Origin: Meiothermus sp.
GTDB taxonomy: Bacteria > Deinococcota > Deinococci > Deinococcales > Thermaceae
Length of the DNA: 14,771 nucleotides
Direction of reading: 5' to 3'
Assembly: GCA_033762915.1 (NCBI GenBank)
Contig: JANRLD010000018.1
Span: forward strand, 1 to 14,771
How positions within the stretch are numbered: the stretch's first letter is position 1; each line of letters opens with the position of its first letter. The translations under genes were made by a program, and so were the position numbers. The notes under the pieces were generated by a model, which worked only from the letters and a program-made list of their open reading frames with translations, searched no databases and was not told the DNA's origin. This document shows, in pieces, positions 1 through 7,699 of this stretch.

Positions 1-141
1 CTCGCGGCGCTGCTTCCTACTTGCCTATCTTGGCTCGACCCTGAAATCCTGGCTCGGGCTTTGAAATCCTGGCTCGGTATCAAATGAAATCGCGGCTCGG
101 CTTGCCTTGTATTCCTGGCTCGTTTTGGGCTGAATTACTCA
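1..141. mobile_element. Probable terminal region of an IS21-family insertion sequence (element body lies left of the window)
   Basis: Five GGCTCG-cored repeats spaced 19-23 bp apart, ending in ...GAATTACTCA at 141. On the minus strand this reads TGAGTAATTCAGCCCAAAACGAGCCAGG. TG...CA termini with several subterminal repeats are typical of IS21-family ends. No transposase lies in the window, and plasmid iterons are an alternative reading. Confidence 0.6.
28..122 (+). repeat. Direct repeat array with consensus TGAAATCCTGGCTCGG
   Basis: Exact TGAAATCCTGGCTCGG at 42-57 and 62-77, variant TGAAATCGCGGCTCGG at 85-100, and partial copies at 28-37 and 113-122. GGCTCG cores start at 32, 51, 71, 94 and 117. 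Confidence 0.9.
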
Positions 142-225
142 ACTAAGCCTTGAGTGACCCCTGACCAACCCGACCCGCACCAACCACTCAGGCAACCGAG
201 CGCTTGCGCTTGCAGCGCCAAGTGA

Positions 226-330
226 CCTATTGATCCCTATGATGACTACATCTTGGAACTGCGGCTGGCCGGTCGGGCTGAAGCCACAGTGCTTTGGGGA
301 CTTTGCCACCGCATTTCTGAGCAGCCATGA
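226..330 (+). pseudogene. Possible remnant of a tyrosine recombinase N-terminal (SAM-like) domain
   Basis: A short frame with no start codon translates as PIDPYDDYILELRLAGRAEATVLWGLCHRISEQP*. DYILELRLAGRAEATV resembles the 'xYLxxLRLxGRSxxTxxxY' N-termini of integrases. It is flanked by stop codons and lies next to an IS end. Confidence 0.3.
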
Positions 331-332
331 AC

Positions 333-1334
333 TCATTTTACCGAGCCTTTTGGCAGCGGGAAGTCGCTGCCAAAGACACTCCGCAGCTTCTTGCTGGCAG
401 GTCGCGTTGCTGCCTCTAGGTGTGCCTCTTCGAGTACGCTGAGGAGCAGTCGCAGGTTGGACTCGAAAGCATTCATTTGGTTGTTGCTCATGCGGAGGAG
501 AACGTTCGAGCGCGGGGTCACGGGGAGGTTGGCTGGCAGGCGGTGGGCAAACTGGCGATCATAAAACACCCACTCAAAGCTGTTGAGCATCCATCGGATG
601 AAACTTCTGAGTGCCGCGAGGTCGTCTGGTGAGTTCTGACCATTTTGCTTTTTGTTAAGTACTGGTCGGAACCCTTGGAGGGCCAACACTGTCAGGCCGA
701 TACCAACCGGCGCGGCATTTCCTTCGCTGGGAAAAGACACGTCCCGCCACCGCTTGAGGTACCGAATGACGCGGCGAAACTGCTCACGCTCGAGTCCGCT
801 GCGGTAGTTCTGAACCTGTTCAATTAGGCCCAGCGGGTCGGCATGATCCCACACACGGCGGCGCGGGCCTGAGTTCTCCCTACCACGCGCTAGGTACAAC
901 CTGCCACCTCTTCCCTGGCCGTATATCGCCAAGTCTACGTGGTGGGTGTAGCGTCCGGCCTCCTTGTAGGCCACCGTCACACAGGAGTGCCGCATCTTGA
1001 CCTCTCTCGCCCCTCGGGATAAGGCCTCCAGAACCCAAGACTTAATGGCGACCGGGTTGGGGTAGGCGCTCACCGAAATGTCAAAGATGAGCCCCACATC
1101 TATGTCGTATTCCCCCCCAATGGGCTTGACACCCGTTCGCATAGCGTACGAACCTTGGTTGAAATGTTTGAACTGCGGCACTGTAGAATTCTTCTCTCTG
1201 AACACAGTTGTGAGGCCTTTTCGCAGATCGTCTAGGAGCCGATCTCGTCGGCCACGCAGCAAGGCATCCTCGTCCATGGTTCCCATGCGGATCGCCATGT
1301 CAAAGGCCTCGAAAAGGAGCTGAACATCAGCCAT
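333..1334 (-). CDS. CD-NTase (cGAS/DncV-like nucleotidyltransferase, SMODS family), divergent tail-less paralog
   Basis: 333 aa with intact motifs QGSYAMRTG...EYDIDVG, HHVDLAIY, FRRVIRYLKRWRD and C-terminal FGSDFP. It is colinear with the CD-NTase at 1529-2587. Confidence 0.93.
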   Translation of the reverse strand: MADVQLLFEAFDMAIRMGTMDEDALLRGRRDRLLDDLRKGLTTVFREKNSTVPQFKHFNQGSYAMRTGVKPIGGEYDIDVGLIFDISVSAYPNPVAIKSWVLEALSRGAREVKMRHSCVTVAYKEAGRYTHHVDLAIYGQGRGGRLYLARGRENSGPRRRVWDHADPLGLIEQVQNYRSGLEREQFRRVIRYLKRWRDVSFPSEGNAAPVGIGLTVLALQGFRPVLNKKQNGQNSPDDLAALRSFIRWMLNSFEWVFYDRQFAHRLPANLPVTPRSNVLLRMSNNQMNAFESNLRLLLSVLEEAHLEAATRPASKKLRSVFGSDFPLPKGSVK

Positions 1335-1354
1335 TCAACTATTTTGGCTGATGT
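1324..1354 (-). promoter_or_regulatory. Perfect 10-bp inverted repeat covering the start codon of the divergent CD-NTase
   Basis: ACATCAGCCA (1324-1333) and TGGCTGATGT (1345-1354) with an 11-nt loop. The minus-strand ATG is at 1334-1332. The repeat is directly visible; its function is inferred. Confidence 0.6.
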
Positions 1355-1436
1355 ACCGCCCATGCGTTGGTTGTTAGCTCAAGACTTCGCGTGGGTGATT
1401 CATTCAAAACATATTTGAGGCAGAAAGATAGCATGA

Positions 1437-1469
1437 AGTATAACTTAAGTGGACTTAAGTGAGTATAAT
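1437..1469. promoter_or_regulatory. Divergent promoter region with tandem ACTTAAGT palindromes
   Basis: ACTTAAGT at 1443-1450 and 1453-1460. TATAAT at 1464-1469 on the plus strand. AGTATA at 1437-1442 and 1462-1467 reads TATACT on the minus strand. The stretch is AT-rich and lies between divergent genes. No good -35 boxes are visible. Confidence 0.6.
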
Positions 1470-1528
1470 AAACTCAGGTTCACTGCTGAGGGTATTGGCA
1501 AGCTGGATCCACTGGAGGTGGCGAGAGG

Positions 1529-2587
1529 ATGGCAAAAGTGCAGCCACAGTTCATCGAGTTTCACGACAAAATCCGCCTAGGCACCTACGACGAGAACGCA
1601 ACACTTCGGGAAAAGCGGAAGACCCTCTTGGATGACCTCAAGAATGGGCTCAAGGAGCTATTCGAGGAAAAGGGCGGAGCCCAGCCCGACTATCACACCA
1701 TCAACCAAGGCTCATACAAAATCAACACCGGCAACAAGCCGGTCGAGGGCGACTACGACCTCGACCTAGGGGTGATCTTCCACATCCGAAAGGAGGACTA
1801 CTCCGACCCGGTGACCGTCAAGAAGTGGGTGTATGACGCTCTGACGCGCCCAAACCGCACCGTCGAGATGCGGGGGCCATGCGTTCGGGTGCAATACATC
1901 AAGGACGGCAAGCCTGACCACCATGTCGATCTCGCCGTCTATGCCGGGGGTAGCGACGGCAATGGAAGTCGCTCTCTGGCCCGCGGGAAGCTCAACTCCG
2001 AGGAGGCCAGCCGGGTCTGGGAAGATGCCGACCCGGAAGGGCTGACGCAGAAGATCAACGACCGCCACCAGGACAAAGATGCGGAGCAGTTTAGGCGGGT
2101 CGTGCGCGCCCTGAAGCGGTGGAAGCAGGAGAAGTTCGCCTTAGGCGGCAACGGCGCGCCCCCCAGCATCGGGCTGACGCTGGCCGCCTATGAGTGGTTC
2201 GGCCCCGAGAAGATCCTTAAGGATCTCGTCCAAGGCACTTACGAGTACGACGACCGCCTCGCGCTAGAGAAGCTCGTCCGCACGATGCTCAGCAAATTCC
2301 AAGGCCCCGAGGGCAGCCGCAGGTTGAGCGTGAATCTGCCCGTCTCGCCTTGGACGGACGTTTTCACCAGGATGACGGACACCCAGCAGGAAGCCTTATA
2401 CACTCGCCTGGTCGCGCTGGGAAACGCCCTTGAGGCGGCCGGAGCCGAGTCCAGCCGCAAGAAGGCTTGTGAGAAGTTGCGAGGTCAATTCGGCAGCGAC
2501 TTCCCCGTACCCGAGGACGAGGAGCCGAAAGACGAGGCCAAGCGCTTTACCGCCCCAGCTTACGTCGGAAGTACCCAGGGGGCCTGA
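1529..2587 (+). CDS. cdnB: CBASS CD-NTase (type II operon cyclase, resembles clade B / CdnB-like enzymes)
   Basis: 352 aa with QGSYKINTG...DYDLDLG, HHVDLAVY, FRRVVRALKRWK and FGSDFP, followed by a flexible tail ending ...VGSTQGA. SD GGAGGTG at 1514-1520. It is the first gene of an operon with Cap2 and Cap3. The clade assignment is by eye. Confidence 0.95.
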   Translation: MAKVQPQFIEFHDKIRLGTYDENATLREKRKTLLDDLKNGLKELFEEKGGAQPDYHTINQGSYKINTGNKPVEGDYDLDLGVIFHIRKEDYSDPVTVKKWVYDALTRPNRTVEMRGPCVRVQYIKDGKPDHHVDLAVYAGGSDGNGSRSLARGKLNSEEASRVWEDADPEGLTQKINDRHQDKDAEQFRRVVRALKRWKQEKFALGGNGAPPSIGLTLAAYEWFGPEKILKDLVQGTYEYDDRLALEKLVRTMLSKFQGPEGSRRLSVNLPVSPWTDVFTRMTDTQQEALYTRLVALGNALEAAGAESSRKKACEKLRGQFGSDFPVPEDEEPKDEAKRFTAPAYVGSTQGA

Positions 2588-2590
2588 GGG

Positions 2591-4312
2591 TTGGACAAAA
2601 CGGCCTTTGCCGAGGTTCTCCGCGAGCGCCTCGATGCGGTGAGCGTGACCGAGGGTGGGGACGCGGGAGGACTTGCCGCCTCGGGCTTCGCGTCTCTGGT
2701 TCGACAGCGCTTGGAATTGAGGGTCATATTGCGGGAGGACTTCCCAGCAGTCCTCCCCGTTATTCTTTTGAAGACCCGACTGACCAAGCGGATTCCCCAT
2801 GTGAACAATGTGGGGTTCGTCTGTTTCGACCGATCCTCTGGGCTGATCATTGACCGACACGACCCGGCGGGTGTTGTGCGGCAGGCGCTGGGCAGGGCGC
2901 TCGAGATCCTTGAGGCCGGACTCGCGGGGCGCAACCACCAAGACTTCATTGCGGAGTTTAAGCCGACCTGGCTAGACATTGCCCCGGCGGGCAGCGCGGC
3001 GAATGTCTATTCGCTGGTGGAGCCGCAAGGCGAGGTTCGGATGATCCAGGCTGCCTATGGGCAACGCGGTGAAGAGGGCACAGTGGAACTTACCGGCTTC
3101 CTCGAGAACCCCAACAACCTCCAGCGCTGGGGTCAGGCTGTTTTCGGGGTGGAGCCGCAACTGCGCCAGGCCGTCTTCGTTCCACTGAACGCTCCCGTCA
3201 TCTTCAGGCCGCCGCCACCCGGAAGGGAGTGGGCGAGCCAGCAGGTACGAGAGTTTCTCGAGGAGAACCTTAGCAGGGAGTCATGGCTCACGCTTCGCAG
3301 CCTTCTAAAACCAGACCCCCATCTGCCCGTGCTCATTTCCGTGCCGCGCGGCACGGACTCCCAAGCCCATGTCGCCATCGAGCCACGGGGAGTTCAGGGC
3401 AAACACCCGCTAGTCGGGAAGCAGGAGTCTCAGCCGCCCGTGTTTTACACGGTAACTCGTCTGGATCGGGGCTACCTGCTTCCACGGGGCGGAGCTGAAA
3501 GCGACCTCGGCAGCAGGCACGCCCTTGTCGTCGGGTGCGGCTCTTTGGGAGCGCGCGTCGCGGAGATGCTTGGGGCAGCGGGAATTGGCACCCTCACCCT
3601 TGTTGACCCCGATGTTCTCACCTCCGACAACCTTTACCGCCACCTGCTCGGAGCTTTCTTCATAGGCCTGCCCAAAGTGGTCGCACTCCGCGCCGACCTC
3701 CAGTTTCGGTTCCCGCACCTCCAAGTAAACCCCGTCCACGCCCCGATCTTAGACGCACTCCGTCGAGGATTGGTCGCCTTGGAAACATTCGACTTGGTGG
3801 TTGCCGCCACGGGAGAGCCGACCGTAGAGCTTGAACTGAACGCACGGCTGAGGAGCTTAACAAAAGCCCCCCCGACGCTTTTCACCTGGGTTGAGGCGCT
3901 GGGTTTGGGCGGGCATTCGCTGCTCGTGGTTCCCGACCAACCGGGGTGTCTGGAGTGTTTGGTATGTCCCAGCACACACCCCGAAACACCCCTGTACAAC
4001 CGCGCCTCTTTCGCCGCCCCTCGCCAGCCGAAGGATCTCGGGCGCGACCTCGACGGCTGCGGGGGCGTGTTCACTCCGTTCTCGGCGCTAGATGCCTCGC
4101 GCACGGCCGAGATGGCGACGCGAATGGCGCTGAGGTTTCTCGAGGGTCGGCTGGCTCTCTCGCAGCTCGAGTCCTGGCGCGGTGACCCTGAGCGTTTCGC
4201 AGACGCAGGCTTCGCAGTCGGCGAGCGAAGCCATGTCGCCGCTGAACACCCAATTCTTCAAGGCAGGGTGTTCGCCCGCTCCGACTGCCCCACCTGCGGT
4301 GAGAGGAAGTGA
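2591..4312 (+). CDS. cap2: CBASS Cap2 E2-E1 (ThiF-like) fusion ligase
   Basis: N-terminal E2-like motif FPAVLP...IPHVNNVGFVC. C-terminal E1 motifs LVVGCGSLG, LVDPDVLTSDNLYRH, GCLECL, GCGGVFTPF and CPTC. TTG start lies 3 nt after the CD-NTase stop. Confidence 0.93.
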   Translation: MDKTAFAEVLRERLDAVSVTEGGDAGGLAASGFASLVRQRLELRVILREDFPAVLPVILLKTRLTKRIPHVNNVGFVCFDRSSGLIIDRHDPAGVVRQALGRALEILEAGLAGRNHQDFIAEFKPTWLDIAPAGSAANVYSLVEPQGEVRMIQAAYGQRGEEGTVELTGFLENPNNLQRWGQAVFGVEPQLRQAVFVPLNAPVIFRPPPPGREWASQQVREFLEENLSRESWLTLRSLLKPDPHLPVLISVPRGTDSQAHVAIEPRGVQGKHPLVGKQESQPPVFYTVTRLDRGYLLPRGGAESDLGSRHALVVGCGSLGARVAEMLGAAGIGTLTLVDPDVLTSDNLYRHLLGAFFIGLPKVVALRADLQFRFPHLQVNPVHAPILDALRRGLVALETFDLVVAATGEPTVELELNARLRSLTKAPPTLFTWVEALGLGGHSLLVVPDQPGCLECLVCPSTHPETPLYNRASFAAPRQPKDLGRDLDGCGGVFTPFSALDASRTAEMATRMALRFLEGRLALSQLESWRGDPERFADAGFAVGERSHVAAEHPILQGRVFARSDCPTCGERK

Positions 4313-4932
4313 CCTTGCCCCGATCAATCGTCTACCAGCGAACCTCGCGCGGCACCTTGACCATCAGAGGTGCGGCCATAGGGAGGATGTTGCACCACCG
4401 CCAGCTTGGGCAGTACGACCTAGAGGCGTGCGGGGTGCTGCTCGGGCGCTTCCTCGTCGTGGGCGAGCGCGTCGTGATAGATGCCGTGACCGAACCCCTG
4501 CCGACCGACCGTCGCACCCGCACCACGTTCGTGCGCTCGAGCGCACACCAGCCCCTGGTTGAAGCAGCGTTCAGGGGGAGCGGCGGAACACAGGTGTACG
4601 CAGGCGAGTGGCACACACACCCGGAGGCGCTGCCTACGCCTTCGAGCCAGGATCTCACCGCGTGGAGGGAAAAGCTGCTCGACGAACGAGTAATCGTGGA
4701 GACCCTATTCTTTGTCATCGTCGGCACCCGCCACTTGAACGTCTGGGAGGGCAGCCGCCACACTGGGCAGATTGAGAAGCTCACCCGGCTGGAATACAGT
4801 GAACCTAACGGCACGTCCCGTTTAGAAAGGAATGCCCATGCCCGCGCGCAGCAAGACACCCAAGAACCCGAGTGCTCGACCCTCGAAGCGGCGGCGACCA
4901 GCTTCGGCGAAGAATCTGTCACCCAGGATTGA
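4309..4932 (+). CDS. cap3: CBASS Cap3 JAB/MPN isopeptidase
   Basis: JAMM motif EACGVLLG...YAGEWHTHPE...PSSQD. GTGA overlap with the cap2 stop. Confidence 0.93.
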   Translation: MTLPRSIVYQRTSRGTLTIRGAAIGRMLHHRQLGQYDLEACGVLLGRFLVVGERVVIDAVTEPLPTDRRTRTTFVRSSAHQPLVEAAFRGSGGTQVYAGEWHTHPEALPTPSSQDLTAWREKLLDERVIVETLFFVIVGTRHLNVWEGSRHTGQIEKLTRLEYSEPNGTSRLERNAHARAQQDTQEPECSTLEAAATSFGEESVTQD

Positions 4933-6079
4933 TGTACCGGAACCCGTCGCATTGGAGCTGTGGGCGCGGGCGGCTGGTCGTTGCGAGTACAGGGGGTGCG
5001 GGAAGCCGCTCTACCTAGAGCCGCTCACCAAGGCCCGCCTCAACCTCGCCCACATCGCCCACATTGTCGCGGCCCAGCCTGGCGGCCCGCGCGGCGACCC
5101 CAAGCGCTCCAAACTTCTCCAGACCGATCTTGACAACCTGATGCTGGCCTGCCGTGATCACCACGCCCTGTGCGACTTCCGCGCCTCAGAGGAAGGCGTT
5201 GAGCGCCACTCTGAGGCCGAGTTGCGGGCCATGAAGCGGGACTTCGAGGCCTTCGTGGAAAACGCTCTCGCCATGCTGCCGAACCACGAGACCCGCGTAC
5301 TCATTGTGCTTGGTCGGATCAGCGGCAACACCACCCGCCTTACAAAGCGTGAGATTCGGGAAGCGCTCTGGGAGCGGCGCTTGTTTCCACTTAATGACGA
5401 GCCTGACGCGATCAAAACCATGCAGTCCGCCGACGTTGACGATCTCGACCCTCCAGGGTGGGCCGAGGTCAGGCGGCGAACAGAGCTGCGGTTGGACAGG
5501 ATTCTTGAAGATGACCCGCCTTTCCACGTCTCCGTGTTCGCGCTCGCGCGTATTCCTTTGCTCGCAGTCGTCGGCTACAAGCTCGGCGACAAGGTAAAGG
5601 TGCAGACATTCCATCCAACAAACAACCGCTGGCCTTGGCCCGACCCGACGGCGAGCGAGGGGTTTGACTTGATCCCGCCATCAACGTCAACTGCGAATTC
5701 CGAAGGGGCGACAGGCCCGACGAATAAGAAGGTCATTCTAAAGCTGGAGGCATCAGGGATCATCGGCGATGAGTTGCTACCCAAGGAGCTTCTACAGGAT
5801 GCCCTGATCTATGCGATACGGTTCGCGCAACCGAGGCTTGGAGGGATTCGCGCACCCCAACAAGTTGAGGGTTTTGGGGCCAAGGTACGCCAGTTCTACG
5901 AGACCCTAGCCGCCCAATATGGCGAGGGTTCGACCCATGTTCACGTCTTCCCAGCAGTGCCACCCGCGCTTGCTGTTGAGTTCGGCCGAGTTGTGAGGCA
6001 CCACTTCTCCCCTACCAAGCTATACGAGAGGCGGGATGGCCACTGGGTTTTCACATTAGAGATCAACGTGCGCGAGTGA
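4832..6079 (+). CDS. cap5: CBASS effector, HNH endonuclease fused to a SAVED sensor (Cap5-like)
   Basis: HNH region LWARAAGRCEYRGC...AHIAHIVA...GPRG...NLMLACRDHHALCD. SAVED motifs VSVFALARIPLLAVVGYKLG and VHVFPAVPPALAVEFGR. The true start may be ATG 4838, which is better spaced from AAAGG at 4826-4830. Confidence 0.92.
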   Translation: MPMPARSKTPKNPSARPSKRRRPASAKNLSPRIDVPEPVALELWARAAGRCEYRGCGKPLYLEPLTKARLNLAHIAHIVAAQPGGPRGDPKRSKLLQTDLDNLMLACRDHHALCDFRASEEGVERHSEAELRAMKRDFEAFVENALAMLPNHETRVLIVLGRISGNTTRLTKREIREALWERRLFPLNDEPDAIKTMQSADVDDLDPPGWAEVRRRTELRLDRILEDDPPFHVSVFALARIPLLAVVGYKLGDKVKVQTFHPTNNRWPWPDPTASEGFDLIPPSTSTANSEGATGPTNKKVILKLEASGIIGDELLPKELLQDALIYAIRFAQPRLGGIRAPQQVEGFGAKVRQFYETLAAQYGEGSTHVHVFPAVPPALAVEFGRVVRHHFSPTKLYERRDGHWVFTLEINVRE

Positions 6080-6158
6080 ACTGTGGCATTAACGAACACT
6101 TTTTCAGCTTTGCAAGCAAATGACGCTCGTTAGCTACTTTCGCAGGTTGTCTAATGAC

Positions 6159-6215
6159 TGTTATCTAACAATTTCCACATTATTACGGTATAATAATCAT
6201 TGTTACCGTATATTT
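6159..6215 (+). promoter_or_regulatory. abiE promoter with inverted-repeat operator
   Basis: TATAAT at 6189-6194 overlapped by the inverted repeat TACGGTA (6184-6190) / TACCGTA (6204-6210). A further pair is TAACAAT (6166-6172) / ATTGTTA (6199-6205). AbiEi antitoxins are known to autorepress through promoter inverted repeats. Confidence 0.65.
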
Positions 6216-6830
6216 ATGGACACTCTCTTCCGACAACTGCTAAAGCGCCACGGTGGCTTCGTCACCCGTCGCCAAGTGGATGAATCGGGCATCGAGCCGC
6301 ACGTCCTGACCCGTTGGGTACGGGAGGGGCGGCTCGAGCGTATCCAGCACGGGGTCTACCGCTCGATGAAGGCGTTGCCCAGCGAGCATGAAGATTTGCT
6401 CGAGGTGGCCCTGCGGATTCCTTACGCGGTGATCTGTCTGCGCTCGGCTTTAGCGTTTTATGGTTTGACCACCTACATTCCCAAAGCTGTGGACATCGCG
6501 GTGCCGCAGAAGAGCAAGCCGCCCAAGCTGGCTTATCCTCCGCTCCAAGTGCATTACTTTGGGAAGACTGCCTACGGGTACGGGCTGGCCGAAGTCGAGT
6601 TGCACGGGCACAAGATCAAGATATACAGCCTCGAGAAAACCCTAGTGGACCTGCTGCGGTTCTCGCACGTCTACGGCGATGATCTATTTGCCGAGGGGCT
6701 GAAGAACTACCTCGAGGGCCGAAAGCACAAGGTGGATCTGCACGGGCTGCTCGAGGCCGCCCAAGCCCTGCGGGTGGATAAGAAGCTAAGACCCCTGTTG
6801 CGGGTGTTGGCCTATGACCTTTCAACCTGA
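6216..6830 (+). CDS. abiEi: Type IV toxin-antitoxin antitoxin, AbiEi family
   Basis: N-terminal winged-HTH signature RHGGFVTRRQV...GRLERIQHGVY, then VICLRSALAFYGLTT and YSLEKTLVDLLR. Start placed at ATG 6216 because the upstream in-frame extension is AT-rich promoter DNA. Confidence 0.9.
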   Translation: MDTLFRQLLKRHGGFVTRRQVDESGIEPHVLTRWVREGRLERIQHGVYRSMKALPSEHEDLLEVALRIPYAVICLRSALAFYGLTTYIPKAVDIAVPQKSKPPKLAYPPLQVHYFGKTAYGYGLAEVELHGHKIKIYSLEKTLVDLLRFSHVYGDDLFAEGLKNYLEGRKHKVDLHGLLEAAQALRVDKKLRPLLRVLAYDLST

Positions 6831-6844
6831 CGCTGGATAACCCT

Positions 6845-7699
6845 ATGGCGAACACCCCAAACCTCGACTCCCTCTTGGCCCGACTGCGGAATCAAGCCCG
6901 TCAGCGGGGGCTGCCCATCCAGCAAATGCTGCTGTTCTACTTCCACGAGCGGCTGCTGGCCCGCGTGGCCCACAGCACCTACCGCGATCAACTGGTGCTC
7001 AAGGGCGGCCTGAACCTCTACAGCCGCTACGGGGCATCTGCCCGGCCCACGGTGGACATTGACCTGCTGGGGTTGAAGATTTCGCACCAAATTGACGATG
7101 TGGTGAGAGTCTTCGGTGAGATCTTGCAGGTGGACTTGGCCGACGGGGTGATATTCGATCAAGAGCTTAGCGCCAGGATCATTCAGGAGGAGGCTGATTA
7201 TCCGGGAGTACGGCTGGAACCCGTTGCCCACTACAGCACCGCCCACCACCAGCTTCAGTTGGACATGAGCTTTGGCAGCGCCGTCACGCCTGGGCCGGTG
7301 GAGCTGGCCTTCCCGGCGCTGCTGGGCGGGGAGTCGCACTCGATCCTGGGGTATCCCCTCGAAACCATCATTGCTGAAAAACTGGCTGCGGCGGTGGAGT
7401 TGGGACAAGGTAATACCCGACTCAAGGACTTCTACGATTTGTACTGGATTTTGGAACATGAAGTGTTGGAGGCCGAGCCGCTGGGGGAGGCGATTCGGCG
7501 TAGCTTTATGGCACGGGGAACGCCTAGAGGGGGTCGTGAGCGTATTTTGAGCCTGGTCGAGGGTGAAGGGCCTGAGTTGTGGCGGCGGTTCTTGCGGAAG
7601 AATCCGCTCGAGATTCCTGCCGATTTTGCCGAGGTGGTAGAGGCGATTCTGAGGCGGCTCGAATCCTTTCTTGATGCCCACAATGAGGCAAAGTCGTGA
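6845..7699 (+). CDS. abiEii: Type IV TA toxin, AbiEii/AbiGii nucleotidyltransferase
   Basis: Motifs ERLLARV, LVLKGG, RPTVDIDL, ETIIAEKL and TRLKDFYDLY. It directly follows abiEi. Confidence 0.93.
   Translation: MANTPNLDSLLARLRNQARQRGLPIQQMLLFYFHERLLARVAHSTYRDQLVLKGGLNLYSRYGASARPTVDIDLLGLKISHQIDDVVRVFGEILQVDLADGVIFDQELSARIIQEEADYPGVRLEPVAHYSTAHHQLQLDMSFGSAVTPGPVELAFPALLGGESHSILGYPLETIIAEKLAAAVELGQGNTRLKDFYDLYWILEHEVLEAEPLGEAIRRSFMARGTPRGGRERILSLVEGEGPELWRRFLRKNPLEIPADFAEVVEAILRRLESFLDAHNEAKS

Noticed and set aside
28..122. CRISPR array
   Set aside because: The period is only 19-23 bp with 4-7 nt between repeats, which leaves no room for spacers, and there are no cas genes.
139..336. 65-aa minus-strand ORF coupled to the divergent CD-NTase as its effector
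   Set aside because: It has an ATGA overlap, but there is no transmembrane segment or recognisable effector motif, and it runs into the IS end. The opposite strand looks more like an integrase remnant.
4332..4952. 206-aa antisense ORF over cap3
   Set aside because: Shadow ORF with Ser/Arg-rich, non-protein-like composition.
6120..6215. Longer AbiEi start given in the ORF track
   Set aside because: The extension is AT-rich, contains the TATAAT and operator repeats, and precedes the family-typical N-terminus at 6216.
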